Shown here piece after piece: positions 11,401 to 21,247 of a DNA stretch of 64,000 bases (position 1 is the stretch's first letter; each line of letters opens with the position of its first letter). The DNA is from Vampirovibrionales bacterium (lineage in GTDB: Bacteria > Cyanobacteriota > Vampirovibrionia > Vampirovibrionales > Vampirovibrionaceae). The stretch is from positions 18,907 to 82,906 of the forward strand of contig JARXAD010000006.1 in NCBI GenBank assembly GCA_029866025.1, given 5' to 3'. The notes beneath the pieces are model-generated. The model searched no databases. It saw nothing but the letters and a program-made list of their open reading frames with translations, and was not told the origin of the DNA. A program made the position numbers and the translations under genes.

Positions 11401-14400
11401 GTATGAAGACGGCCTTAGCAATGGGTTGGTGTACAGAATGTTGCTTCCCAAGCGTTGAAAAAGACTGGCTTCATCTGCTTCAATCCCCAAATGGCGCAAT
11501 TGCACTTGCGCCTGCGTCCACGCCAAGGTGGTAGTACGCACAAAGGCGTGAGCATCCTGATGTTTTTCCACCAGCGCCAACACGTCCGCCTGAGTGCTAG
11601 CAACCAGGGTCCAATAGGCTATTTTAACGGTGGCTCCTGGAGGAAGGGAAATGGATCGACGCAAAGCAAAAATTGGATCAAGTACTGTCCCCACTGTGTT
11701 AGAAAGCGACCGGCCCTGTTGCATGGCCAGCGGAAAACGTGCATCACCGCCACGGCCTACAAAGCGGGCTCGATCGGTTTCTACTTCAAGTTCGCCAACG
11801 GTAGACCCTTCTACCACACTCAAATGGGCCGCCCAAATTTCAGGCTCATTAGGCGCGCGGCGACGACGGGTGGCCAACAACACCCCTTGTTTGGGTAAAT
11901 AACGGGTTTGGACAAACAACTTGGAAAATGCAGGATGCGAGGTATCGGACGATTGGGACGCTAACACCAGTTCCGAATAGGAGGTAATATCCAGTTCGCG
12001 CGTTCGAACGCCCCGGTTGGTAATGGAGATTCGCCGCACTTCGGCATCGTCTTCAGAAGAGACCATGACCTCTAGGCTGGTTACCAGCGAACCATCTCTC
12101 CGCATAAACTCTGCTCGGTCTTCAGTAAAGATGGCTTCATACTGCTTGGGCTCTTTTGCGGTGGGTTGGTACCCCGCAGACCAAACCTTGCCACTTTGTT
12201 TGTCTCGCAAATAAACATAAGCCCCCCAGTTGTCCTGGGTTACATCGCTATGCCAGCGGGTAATATTAAGTGTCTGACCTTGGCATTGCCATTGGCTATA
12301 ACCGGACCCCGCACTGGTAATCATCACCTGGTAACGACCATTGGAAAGCACATGGGCTTCGGGCGTTGCCGAATGAGGACTGGTAATATGCCGACGACTA
12401 ACCGTGGTTAACTCCTGCACGGTGGCCACTTCTTCGGCCCTAGGGTAGGCCACCGCCACATCTTTGGGCATGCGTTCTTGCAATAAAAATTCAGCGGCCT
12501 GTATACACGGCTCGGCATGGAAACGTTGCCGGAATCGACCGTTTTGCAACACATTGGCAATGGAAAGAATACTCATGCCTTGATGGTGGGCCATATAGGC
12601 GTGAACCAAAACAACGGATTGACCTTCCGGCACCCGTGCCTTGGTAAAATCTAGGGCTTCGCAAAAGCCAAAACGCCCTAATGCTTGCAGCGCTTCCAAT
12701 GCATTAAAGTTGGTTAAAGCAGCAGTAGGGTTAATCATACTAGCCAAGGCGGTTGCATACGGTGCAATCACACGATTGTCTCCCAAGCCCCGCTTTAAGC
12801 CCAAACCCGGTACCCCAAAATTAGAATATTGATACGTTAATTCACGATCACGAATATGATACGCCGATTCAGACACCCCCCACGGCAAGCCCAGTTGCTG
12901 GCCATATGCAATTTGTCGATCCACAATCAGCCGATTGGTTTGCTCCAACAAACTACCCAAAGGTGCATGCATCACCAAAGCCGGCATTAAGTATTCAAAC
13001 ATAGAACCTGACCAGGAAATAAGAGCCGCCCCACCGTTTAACGGAGTAACGGCACGGCCCAAGCGAAACCAATGTTTGGCCGGAATATCGCCTTTTGCAA
13101 TGGCATAAAAACTGGCCAAGCGGGCCTCGGATGCCAGCAAGTCATAACAGCTTTCATCCAATCGGTCCTCTTGCACGTTGTACCCAATGGCCAACAATTT
13201 TCGGGCAGGATTGAGCAAAAAGCCAAATTCCATCGCATTGGCCATGGTTCTCGCCGTGTTTTCGACAACCTTTAACCGCTGCTTAAACGCAACCTTTCCA
13301 TTCACATTCAACGTCAAATCGCTTTGATGACTGTGAATGGTCGCTAACGTGGCTTCCGCCCACCACAGCAACTCGTCACTGGCATCCCCCATTACGGTAT
13401 GGGCCAAGGTCGTTGCCACATCCACCAAAGTGGACGCATGGCGATGCAGCGTATTCAAATACGCCACCCTGTTTGGAGCAACCTTTAGCGCTGGAAGTCT
13501 CAAGTCATCGGCAATAACATCCAGCGTTTGGGCTAACTCTGTATGCAAATAATCGTGTTTTTTACGATGGGTAGGTAGTGCCTCAAACGACTGCTGTGTG
13601 AGTGTCACCGCATCCTGAATACCGGCCACCATGTCCGCATGGGTCAGCACCCCTTCTAAAAGAAGAGGACTGTCTTGCGCCCACTCTTGGCACACATTGG
13701 CCAATGTAATTAAATGGCCTGCCAAATTCCCACTATCAACCGCGCTAATATATTGAGGATAAAGAGGGCGACCATCCTGCGTGTCATACCAGTTAAAAAA
13801 GTGGCCCCTAAATTGAGCCAAGCGATTCATGCTGGTTAACGTATTTTCCAAGCGTTCCAACGTCTCTAATTGGCCTGCCCAGCCCAAATCGCAAGCCGAA
13901 ACAGCCGATAGCAAATACAGCCCCATATTGGTGGGAGATGTGCGGTGGGCAATAACAGGCAACGGGTTTTCTTGAAAATTATCCGGTGGCAGCCAGTTTT
14001 CTGATTCCGTAACGAAGGTTTCAAAAAATCGCCACGTTTTTCGTGCAATATGGCGAAGGGTTTGGGCATCACTACCACTAAGGGGTACGGTGTTAGAACC
14101 CACAGGGGATGTGCTAACCCAACGGGCAATCGCTGGGGAAAGAGACCACAGCAACACAAAAGGTAGAACTAAATTTTTATTGGCGTCAGGATTACTGATG
14201 GCAATGCCTAAAGCCGCCAAGGCAATAACAAGAGCGCCACCCATTTGATAGTAGTAACCCCACACTGTTAAATGGGTCCCATTTTTTGCTTGGGCAGCAG
14301 TCACCCATTCCAGCAGCTGTTTATGGCTAATGGTTAGACGGTATAAGGTTCGCCCAATGGCATCCAACATCATCCATGCTTGGTGGGCTAAAAATGCAAC

Positions 14401-17097
14401 AAGTAACGAGGTATGTAGTAACGACAGCCAAGCATCCGTAAGCAAGTGTCTAAAATGTGCTCTAAGGGATGTTTTTGGGCGCGATGGCCACAGGGCTGCG
14501 AGGAGTGGAAGAGCCGTGGGCAGCCCCATACCAATAATAATAAAACCTATCCAAATCAGCGCATCATTAAAGGGTAAGGTAAACGCTAACAGCAAAGCCG
14601 CCATGCTAGCCGGAGCCGATAAAGACCGTCGAAGGTTATCAAACACCTTCCACTGACCCATCAACGGAAGTGTATTACTAGACGGATTTTTTTGTTGACC
14701 GATCAACCACGGCAACAATTGCCAATCGCCCCGTGCCCAACGGTGCTGACGCGCGGAAGCAATATCATACCGAGACGGGAATTCTTCAATCACTTCAATA
14801 TCAGATACAAGGCCCGCACGGGCAAAAATGCCTTCGTACAAATCGTGACTTAGCATGGTGTTGTCTGGCGTGCGGCCACTAAGCGCCGCTTCAAAAGCAT
14901 CCACATCGTAAATGCCTTTACCGGCATAGGATCCTTCACCGTACAAATCTTGATACACATCAGACACTGCTGCCGAATAAGGCTCAATACCACCGGTACT
15001 AGAAAACACACATTGGAATAACGAGTTTTCACTTTGAGCCAACAGAGAAGGAGTAACCCGCGGCTGTAAAATGCCATACCCCTCAACCACCCGAACGGTT
15101 ACCCCATCCACTTGAGGGCGATTCAAAGGGTGAGCCATTTTACCCACCATCTGTCGCACCGTACCCAAGGGTAAGCGGGTGTCACTATCCAAAGTCACCA
15201 CGTATTGAACGCCATAAGGCACCCTGGGGGGCGTGCCATTGAACGCCATATAGCTGGTTTGGGTACTGCCACGCAGCAGTTGGTTTAATTCATGAAGCTT
15301 CCCTCGTTTGCGCTCCCAGCCCATCCACTGGCCTTGGGTTTCATTCCATAAGCGCTTGCGGTGTAGTACATAAAAACGCTGCGCAGGATGCTGTTCTGAA
15401 GACTCTTCGTGAACCGCAGCGCCGTAACGTGCATTAAGAACGGCAATGCCTTGAATGGCCGCCTGCAATAAAACGTCATCTCCCTCTGCGGTTTCCGTGT
15501 CGGAATCTTTCCAATCCGTTAGCAAGGCATAGTGGACATAGTTCTCTTTACTGGCGAGATGATGAATCTCTAAGCGTTCCAGCTGTTCAGACACATCGGT
15601 GGTGCTGGTAAGTAGTGTTGGGATCACCACCATGGTGCGGTATTGCAATGGAATGCCATTTTCCAATTCTAGACTGGGAAGCACGGTGGCATCAAAACCT
15701 TTGGTAATAGCACGATTAACCAACGCAATGGCCATATCCATAGCCGAAGAAGCCCCCAAAAGGGCCAAAAATCCTAATTTCAAAAATCCTAGTTTTAAGG
15801 CCGCCTCGCCCGTGGGGGCAGTGGCAAACACAGGCACCAAGAGCGCCAAGGCTGTCACCGCAGTCACATTGCCAATGTAGCCGCCAATGCCCAAATTAGA
15901 AAGAATTCGTGCAGGCCATTGCTTGACAGGAGCCCGATAACCCAAGTGGGCTTCAAAATCGCGTCGACCTTTAGCAATCAGGTAGTAGCCCGGGTCCTGC
16001 CTTAAATCGTCATCAGGATATTTTGACGCCTCCACCAGAGCGGCTTGAGTGACGGCCAACTCACTTTGTTTAGATCCCTTTGCAAGTTCCTCAATGGCCA
16101 TACGGTAGCCATTACGCGTCGGAAAATCCATGGCTGAAAAATTGCTATGGGCCGTCAATAAGGCATCCACAGGGCTCATTTGCTCAAACAGTTCGGTCCA
16201 ATCCACCTGAGAAATGAGCCGCATGCTCACAATGATGTTGCGGACCGTGACATTGGTAGCCCCTTGGCGCTGGTGTACCCAACGAACAGCAGCCTCTGCC
16301 GTGGTACCTTGCTTTTCCAGTTGATCATCAATCCAGGCCAAGATGGACGTTGCTTTGGGCTCCTGGTCTCGCATGCGCAGCATTAGCTGTACGGCAAAAG
16401 CATCAACCATGGGTTTTTTACTGCTACGATCCATCGCCTTTTGGGCAGCTTGTTCCATTTTAAGAGAATCGCTGAGGACCCAGTCGGCCAACATATCGGC
16501 TTTTTGGCTGGCTTCTCGCCCTGCCATGATGGATTCTGACGCGCGACGAAGGTTCTCTACCAGTAAAATTCGTAATGAAATGGAAACGGCCCAAAGTTCG
16601 CCCATGGTAAGGGGGTGAACCGTTTGATAGGCGGCCACAAAACGGCACAGCAATTCTGGACAGAATAAACTATCGGTATGGGCAATAAAGGCCCACGCAA
16701 TGCCCAGTACTCTGGGGTAACCGGCCAAATGGCCTTCCGTAAGCTTGGGTAATTGGCGATAATACCCCGCTGGCAAATCGTTTTGCACTTGGCGCAATTG
16801 CTCTTCCACCAAGTGGAAGTTATCCAGCAGCCATTCGGCAGCAGGGGTAATCAGGCGGTCTGACTGCACAGCCAACACAATGGCGTTGTAGGCCTTGCGA
16901 ACAACGGCTTCATTGTCATTCAGGCGATGAATGAGGGATTGCCCCCCACTCGGGGAAGTGGCGGTGGTGTGTTCCACAGCCAAGCAAACAGCATGCTGCT
17001 CTAAACTGTCAAGACCAAACAATTCATCCAGAATGAGATCTTGAGAGCTCCATGGAGAAACTGTTTTTTTAAAAAAGCTAAACAAGGCGGGTATCAA
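8482..17097 (-). CDS. ndvB: Cyclic beta-1,2-glucan synthase (Cgs/ChvB/NdvB type; GT84 synthase plus C-terminal GH94 phosphorylase)
   Basis: 2871 aa; EWLLDNF, GWERKRGKL, TLDSDT, LSHDLYEG, RQHRWARGDWQ, SWSGSMFEYLMP, YQASGAYGFRDQLQD, GDWNDG, RENGGQYSH and GRGGWTWYTGAAGW motifs. Confidence 0.95.
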   Translation of the reverse strand: MIPALFSFFKKTVSPWSSQDLILDELFGLDSLEQHAVCLAVEHTTATSPSGGQSLIHRLNDNEAVVRKAYNAIVLAVQSDRLITPAAEWLLDNFHLVEEQLRQVQNDLPAGYYRQLPKLTEGHLAGYPRVLGIAWAFIAHTDSLFCPELLCRFVAAYQTVHPLTMGELWAVSISLRILLVENLRRASESIMAGREASQKADMLADWVLSDSLKMEQAAQKAMDRSSKKPMVDAFAVQLMLRMRDQEPKATSILAWIDDQLEKQGTTAEAAVRWVHQRQGATNVTVRNIIVSMRLISQVDWTELFEQMSPVDALLTAHSNFSAMDFPTRNGYRMAIEELAKGSKQSELAVTQAALVEASKYPDDDLRQDPGYYLIAKGRRDFEAHLGYRAPVKQWPARILSNLGIGGYIGNVTAVTALALLVPVFATAPTGEAALKLGFLKLGFLALLGASSAMDMAIALVNRAITKGFDATVLPSLELENGIPLQYRTMVVIPTLLTSTTDVSEQLERLEIHHLASKENYVHYALLTDWKDSDTETAEGDDVLLQAAIQGIAVLNARYGAAVHEESSEQHPAQRFYVLHRKRLWNETQGQWMGWERKRGKLHELNQLLRGSTQTSYMAFNGTPPRVPYGVQYVVTLDSDTRLPLGTVRQMVGKMAHPLNRPQVDGVTVRVVEGYGILQPRVTPSLLAQSENSLFQCVFSSTGGIEPYSAAVSDVYQDLYGEGSYAGKGIYDVDAFEAALSGRTPDNTMLSHDLYEGIFARAGLVSDIEVIEEFPSRYDIASARQHRWARGDWQLLPWLIGQQKNPSSNTLPLMGQWKVFDNLRRSLSAPASMAALLLAFTLPFNDALIWIGFIIIGMGLPTALPLLAALWPSRPKTSLRAHFRHLLTDAWLSLLHTSLLVAFLAHQAWMMLDAIGRTLYRLTISHKQLLEWVTAAQAKNGTHLTVWGYYYQMGGALVIALAALGIAISNPDANKNLVLPFVLLWSLSPAIARWVSTSPVGSNTVPLSGSDAQTLRHIARKTWRFFETFVTESENWLPPDNFQENPLPVIAHRTSPTNMGLYLLSAVSACDLGWAGQLETLERLENTLTSMNRLAQFRGHFFNWYDTQDGRPLYPQYISAVDSGNLAGHLITLANVCQEWAQDSPLLLEGVLTHADMVAGIQDAVTLTQQSFEALPTHRKKHDYLHTELAQTLDVIADDLRLPALKVAPNRVAYLNTLHRHASTLVDVATTLAHTVMGDASDELLWWAEATLATIHSHQSDLTLNVNGKVAFKQRLKVVENTARTMANAMEFGFLLNPARKLLAIGYNVQEDRLDESCYDLLASEARLASFYAIAKGDIPAKHWFRLGRAVTPLNGGAALISWSGSMFEYLMPALVMHAPLGSLLEQTNRLIVDRQIAYGQQLGLPWGVSESAYHIRDRELTYQYSNFGVPGLGLKRGLGDNRVIAPYATALASMINPTAALTNFNALEALQALGRFGFCEALDFTKARVPEGQSVVLVHAYMAHHQGMSILSIANVLQNGRFRQRFHAEPCIQAAEFLLQERMPKDVAVAYPRAEEVATVQELTTVSRRHITSPHSATPEAHVLSNGRYQVMITSAGSGYSQWQCQGQTLNITRWHSDVTQDNWGAYVYLRDKQSGKVWSAGYQPTAKEPKQYEAIFTEDRAEFMRRDGSLVTSLEVMVSSEDDAEVRRISITNRGVRTRELDITSYSELVLASQSSDTSHPAFSKLFVQTRYLPKQGVLLATRRRRAPNEPEIWAAHLSVVEGSTVGELEVETDRARFVGRGGDARFPLAMQQGRSLSNTVGTVLDPIFALRRSISLPPGATVKIAYWTLVASTQADVLALVEKHQDAHAFVRTTTLAWTQAQVQLRHLGIEADEASLFQRLGSNILYTNPLLRPSSYVLQRSQANQSALWSQGISGDASIVLVRIDSIEDIGLVRQVLRAHEYLAIKQLAFDVVVLNERSASYVQDLQIALETLVRSCHNHPNRNEDGAPRAVFLLRSDLIAPDVAAVLPAVARIVLNGRRGSLSKQLKRSQEVLPFLPRKASLSLGDLLNDSLVAPLPPPEWVKNLHFFNGLGGFSIDGTEYITVLGPGQQTPAPWINVIANPNFGFQVAVEGSGYTWACNSRENQLTPWSNDPVSDRTGEAFYIKDEDSGKIWSPTASPIRIATGQYVARHGFGYSQFETAAHGIDSQLLQTVSLHDPIKISRLTLKNTSGRTRRLSVTAYAEWVLGQSRSQSAPYIVTTLDNETGALLAHNPWSREFGNRCTFMDLGGKQHAWTGDRREFIGRNGSVTIPAGLGDKVILSKRVGAGLDPCGVLQTFMELQPNESIEIVMTLGQTPSVSEAQALIQRYRKENTATLLDDVKVHWRSTLGAVQVTTPDAAMNIMLNGWLLYQSLACRVWARSAFYQASGAYGFRDQLQDGMALTLSRPELTREHLLRAAGRQFVEGDVQHWWLPNQGQGVRTHISDDRIWLAYAAAHYVAATGDAAILDEPISFLEGRGLEPGEHDAFYHPTQSEQSATLFEHCARGLDLSLRVGCHGLPLMGTGDWNDGMNRVGEGGEGESVWLGWFLVATLKAFIPIALERQEKKRAAIWKAHGLQLAASLEANAWDGEWYRRGYYDDGTPLGSHSSDECRIDSIAQSWSVLSGAGDSERSQRAMAQVDKQLINSKDQLALLFTPAFDTTHKEPGYIKGYPPGIRENGGQYSHAATWSVMAFAKLGQGEKAMALFSLLNPISHSSTRSQVHRYKVEPYVMAADVYSVAPHVGRGGWTWYTGAAGWLYRAGTESILGLRVVGDQLFINPCIPSHWPEYSMVFTRGETCYNITVLNPLGVCGGVSSATFNGIDALVNECGAQITLQNDGQSHQLVVTL

Positions 17098-17204
17098 AGG
17101 GTACTTTTGGCTTCTTTTTTTAAGTTTTTGGCTGCTTTTTTTTCTTTTTGGGTCTTGGCAGGCTTTTTCTTAACATCTTTGACGGTTACTTTTTCTTTTC
17201 CCAT
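17094..17204 (-). CDS. Unannotated 36-aa lysine-rich small protein (MGKEKVTVKDVKKKPAKTQKEKKAAKNLKKEAKSTL)
   Basis: AAGGAG ribosome-binding site upstream of the ATG at 17204; its TGA overlaps the TTG start of the glucan synthase (TTGA). Confidence 0.7.
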   Translation of the reverse strand: MGKEKVTVKDVKKKPAKTQKEKKAAKNLKKEAKSTL

Positions 17205-17394
17205 GAGTCGGGCTCCTTGTATGAGGACGGCGTCCGTAGATGGCACCCGTGTGACAGGAGCTTACCACACGGCTAACCAAATAGCCGATTGGAGTACGTC
17301 TCAATCCAGGTACCAACTGCTAACGATAACAGCACAAAAGAACCGTGTTCCCTTCAAAGCTAATTACCTGACCGGCCTCTTAGAGAGAATATTT

Positions 17395-17676
17395 TTATTT
17401 AATATACTTAATGACAGTAGGAATCGATATAATTAGTTCGTTATCGTCTTTATCAAAGAGATTGCACGTAGCAATAACAGTAAAGGTGAGAGCATAACCT
17501 TGAACAGTCCCAAAAAAATGATCATAATTTGTTTGCTTCATTTTTGTAGAATGAAAGCCAATCAACCCATAATATCGGACAGCCTTATAGGCGGTGGCTA
17601 ACAATTCCTAACCCTATCAACTACTTGTTGAAGGTACTCAGAGTGGAGACATTGGCTCTTGAAATTAGAACAAAAC
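17395..17676 (-). pseudogene. AT-rich gene remnant truncated at the island attachment site
   Basis: The 69-aa ORF 17395-17604 appears to continue upstream through a frameshift to the att repeat; no proper start or RBS. Confidence 0.3.
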
Positions 17677-17707
17677 ATGGTGGCGCCTCCAGGAATTGAA
17701 CCAGGGA
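17677..17707 (-). repeat. att direct repeat: 31-bp copy of the tRNA-Phe 3' end
   Basis: ATGGTGGCGCCTCCAGGAATTGAACCAGGGA is identical to 31922-31952. Confidence 0.95.
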
Positions 17708-17854
17708 GAGGAATATTTTTAAGTATATAATGAAGTATACTCTCACTGTCTATTTTTCTAAAAATAGAAGCCATTGAAAGACTTTTGGCTATTGGGCATA
17801 ATGGGCCTTAATTCTCAATGATTCCTTAGTTTACTGGCTTATTCTGTGCACGAC

Positions 17855-17873
17855 TACACAAGAATTACACAAC
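17855..17873. repeat. 19-bp repeat TACACAAGAATTACACAAC, left copy (putative integrase arm-type site)
   Basis: Identical to 31856-31874; contains two TACACAA units 11 bp apart. Confidence 0.75.
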
Positions 17874-18087
17874 GTTTTCACCGGAAATGCCATAGGCCCC
17901 CTGGAAATTAGTTCGGATGGCACTTCTTTCTTACGCTTAATTAGTGCCAGTTGTAACAAATTATAAACAAAAGAGTGGTACCCCCTCAGGTTTTGTCAAG
18001 TTAGTCGAAATAAAGTGGTAAGACCATAAAGCCAATAAGAGTAAAAAAGTAGTATTAGCCAAATCGCAACAATCATTGGGTGTTGTT

Positions 18088-20067
18088 ATGTCGTTTCCAT
18101 TACTGCTGTCGTTGTGTCGTTATTACCGGTGGCCCGTGGCCTTAGTGGTCTCTGTAACAGTGTGGACCGCCGGACTGCTAACGGCTGTGCAAGCCCCTAT
18201 TGTTTGGGCACCCAGCGATGTAACAACAGCCTTGGGAGGCATTTTAACCGGTTTGGCGTGGAGTAGTGCTGGGTTATGGCTGTATTTTTTAAAAGATCAA
18301 CCTACGTTTTATGCCCAGCGCACCTTAATACAGGCAGCGGCCATTGCCGTTTTGCTAACCCAGGGGGTGTGGCTTCAGGCGTCGTGGTTATCAGTGGCGA
18401 CAGGTTATTTAACCATTAAGGTTTTAATCGGCCTGTCATATCCCAAAAAACTAGAGCCTGTTTCAGGCGTAGCTCTGGGCGGATTGAGTCAATGGCCTCA
18501 TCGTGTGGGGCCTGCGATTACAAGAGGTGTGCTGATTTTAAGTGTGGCGTGGTTATTGTTCCTCACCTTTTTTCCTTCGTGGGCACTGGGGCTATTGATA
18601 CCAGCGCCCGCCGTTATTAGTGTGTATGGTTTGGCGTTAATGGGATACGCCTTTGCCACCTTTCGGTTGTTTTGTGGACCCATCGCGCCCCCCTCGGTGG
18701 GCCTTACTGGCTGGGGATTGGTTACCGGCTTGGATGTGCTGCTATATGCCGCTGCCTTGCTGGCCACTCTCCAGCCTTTTTCTCTTACCTCGGCAGGGGT
18801 TTCCTCTGCCGTTATCAACACGATGCTGCTCGTTATTCTTAGCCATAGCGTGGCCTTAAGCTGTGTAGAGCAATGGAAGCGATGTCTTGGCAGTGTGCAT
18901 ATTAAGCGGCATCACCACACCGCGCACCAACAGCTGCATGTGGATTTGGCCGTCAAAACCATCCAATTAGAACAGGAAGTAGCCACCCGCCGCAAAGCCC
19001 AAGAAGAGCTACACAAAATTAACCAAGATTTAGAGCAACAAGTGCAACTGCGCACTGCCGATATGGAAATGATTTTACAAGAATTGGGGCAGGTGAATGC
19101 CCAAATGGAAAGCGAACTGAACGAACGTAAGGTGCTGGAATCACAGTTGGTGCAAGCACAAAAAATGGAATCGGTTGGGCAATTGGCTGCTGGGGTGGCC
19201 CACGAAATTAACAACCCTGTTGGGTTTATTCTAAGCAATTTACGCACCTTGGATGAATACGTGCAGTTACTGCAACAACTGCTCAACCATTACGAAGACT
19301 TGGAAACCTCTTTGATGCAAGCCCCCTTAGGTGAATTAGGAGACAACGAAGACTTGGTTCGACCCATCTTAAACAACTTAGCCACCTTTCGAAAAAACGA
19401 AGATATTGGTTTTATTTTGCAAGATTTAACGGGCTTGCTAGCAGAGTCCATTGACGGCTCCAATCGGGTGAAAGAAATTGTGCAAGGCTTAAAAAGCTTT
19501 AGCCGCATTGATGAAAGCACATTGCAGCAAGTGGACTTACACGAGTGTATAGAATCCACTTTAAAGGTGGTTTGGAACGAAGTGAAGTACAAGTGTAACG
19601 TTATCAAACACTACGACGCCCAATTACCGCCCCTACTATGCTACCCCGGCCAACTTAATCAGGTGTTTTTAAACTTGCTGGTCAACGCCGCCCAAGCCAT
19701 TGAACAACGGGGCGATATTACCATTGCCACCCGAACCGAAACCTTCAATGATACTCCTCACATTGTGATTGAGATTACCGACACGGGGGCCGGGATACCG
19801 GCCAAATTACTCACCAAAATTTTTGATCCCTTTTTTACCACCAAGCCAGTTGGCAGTGGTTCGGGGCTGGGATTGGCCATTTCCTACGGCATTGTTCACA
19901 AACACCAAGGCACGTTATCCGTTCAATCCACCGTAGGCAAAGGGACGGTCTTTACCATCGCCCTACCCATCAACGCCCTCACTCCCACCCACGTGTCCGA
20001 ACCGCCGTTGACTACCTCTGGAGTACCCAGCTATGAACGCCAGCTTCTCAGCCCGGTTGCAGCCTAA
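18088..20067 (+). CDS. Membrane-bound sensor histidine kinase (NtrB/AtoS-like)
   Basis: Multi-TM N-terminus, coiled coil, H-box GQLAAGVAHEINNP, N-box LNQVFLNLLVNA, DTGAGI, PFFTTK and GSGLGL. Confidence 0.93.
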   Translation: MSFPLLLSLCRYYRWPVALVVSVTVWTAGLLTAVQAPIVWAPSDVTTALGGILTGLAWSSAGLWLYFLKDQPTFYAQRTLIQAAAIAVLLTQGVWLQASWLSVATGYLTIKVLIGLSYPKKLEPVSGVALGGLSQWPHRVGPAITRGVLILSVAWLLFLTFFPSWALGLLIPAPAVISVYGLALMGYAFATFRLFCGPIAPPSVGLTGWGLVTGLDVLLYAAALLATLQPFSLTSAGVSSAVINTMLLVILSHSVALSCVEQWKRCLGSVHIKRHHHTAHQQLHVDLAVKTIQLEQEVATRRKAQEELHKINQDLEQQVQLRTADMEMILQELGQVNAQMESELNERKVLESQLVQAQKMESVGQLAAGVAHEINNPVGFILSNLRTLDEYVQLLQQLLNHYEDLETSLMQAPLGELGDNEDLVRPILNNLATFRKNEDIGFILQDLTGLLAESIDGSNRVKEIVQGLKSFSRIDESTLQQVDLHECIESTLKVVWNEVKYKCNVIKHYDAQLPPLLCYPGQLNQVFLNLLVNAAQAIEQRGDITIATRTETFNDTPHIVIEITDTGAGIPAKLLTKIFDPFFTTKPVGSGSGLGLAISYGIVHKHQGTLSVQSTVGKGTVFTIALPINALTPTHVSEPPLTTSGVPSYERQLLSPVAA

Positions 20068-20287
20068 TGCCAACGTATTTGGTGCCAACGTGTTTGGCAG
20101 CGATGAATTTTCCCCCATGTCCACCCGTCCCATTGTGGGAATGTCTGCCATCCTAGACGAGGTGGTGTGGCAAGACCTAAGCCTGATGGAAATGAGTACT
20201 CGCTGTCATCCCCGTGGCAACGTGGCCTTAGAGCCCCTTATTTTAGGCTGGGTGACCCTAACCCCTTGTGGTGCATGTTTATAAATA

Positions 20288-21211
20288 ATGACCTTTATTC
20301 CTCACTCTCCTAAAAAGGAACAATCCGTGGCCGCTTCTTATCCTTCTTACAACGCAACGGTAGAACAACTGTTTACCACCCCACGTGGGGTCCCCACCGC
20401 GTCGGTGGTACCCATCCACCCTCAGCCTGAAAAAAACCGACTGCTGTTAGTGGATGACGAACACAACGTGTTAAAAGCCCTAGCCCGCATGTTGCGAAAC
20501 GAAGGTTACGACATTATTACGGCCAGCAGTGGCGAAGAAGCCCTTCAAATTTTAGAGACCCACCCCATGGATGTGGTGATTAGCGACCAGCGCATGCCCC
20601 ACATGACGGGCACTGAACTATTGGCTAAGGTCCATCAGCGTTACCCCGATACGGTGCGCATGGTGCTCTCGGGCTACGCGGATATTGATTCCATTTTGGG
20701 TGCCATTAATTACGGGCACATTTATAAATTTCAAACCAAACCGTGGGATGAAACCCAACTAAAAGCCGTGATTAGCGAGTGCTTTACCCACCACAGCTAC
20801 CTGCAAGAACGCAAAGTGCTGGCCAAGGCCCTGCAGGAAGAAAATAAAAGTTTAATGAACAACACGCAGCATCTGTTTCAGTTTATGGTGTCTCGCTTGC
20901 AACGCACCGATATGTGCCAAGACGTGTTTCAGGATTTTCCCCTGCCTATTATGGGCATTGATGCCAACCAGCGGCTGTTTTTACTCAGTGAAATGACGCA
21001 TTTGCTGTTCCCCTCGCTGGAATCAGCCGGTGTGATGGAGCACATTCAAGATTGCTTGCCGAGTGCGTTACTGGAGGCTTACGAAAAAATACTCCACAAC
21101 CCGCCGCTAGAGCCCATGGCCTTAAGCGTCAATGGCATGGATCTCCGTATTCATTCGTACCGGTTGTGCGCCAATAATAGCCACTTACTGCTGCTAGAAA
21201 TTGTTAGCTAA
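20288..21211 (+). CDS. Response regulator (REC plus degenerate PAS-like C-terminus)
   Basis: LLVDDE, SDQRMP, LSGY and KPW receiver motifs. Confidence 0.88.
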   Translation: MTFIPHSPKKEQSVAASYPSYNATVEQLFTTPRGVPTASVVPIHPQPEKNRLLLVDDEHNVLKALARMLRNEGYDIITASSGEEALQILETHPMDVVISDQRMPHMTGTELLAKVHQRYPDTVRMVLSGYADIDSILGAINYGHIYKFQTKPWDETQLKAVISECFTHHSYLQERKVLAKALQEENKSLMNNTQHLFQFMVSRLQRTDMCQDVFQDFPLPIMGIDANQRLFLLSEMTHLLFPSLESAGVMEHIQDCLPSALLEAYEKILHNPPLEPMALSVNGMDLRIHSYRLCANNSHLLLLEIVS

Positions 21212-21247
21212 CCCGCCAATGGCGGGTGTTTAATAGTGAAAGAAGGG

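Noticed and set aside
17041..17436. 131-aa plus-strand ORF
   Set aside because: Antisense shadow of the Lys-rich small ORF and the ndvB start; the Phe-rich stretch comes from reversed Lys codons.
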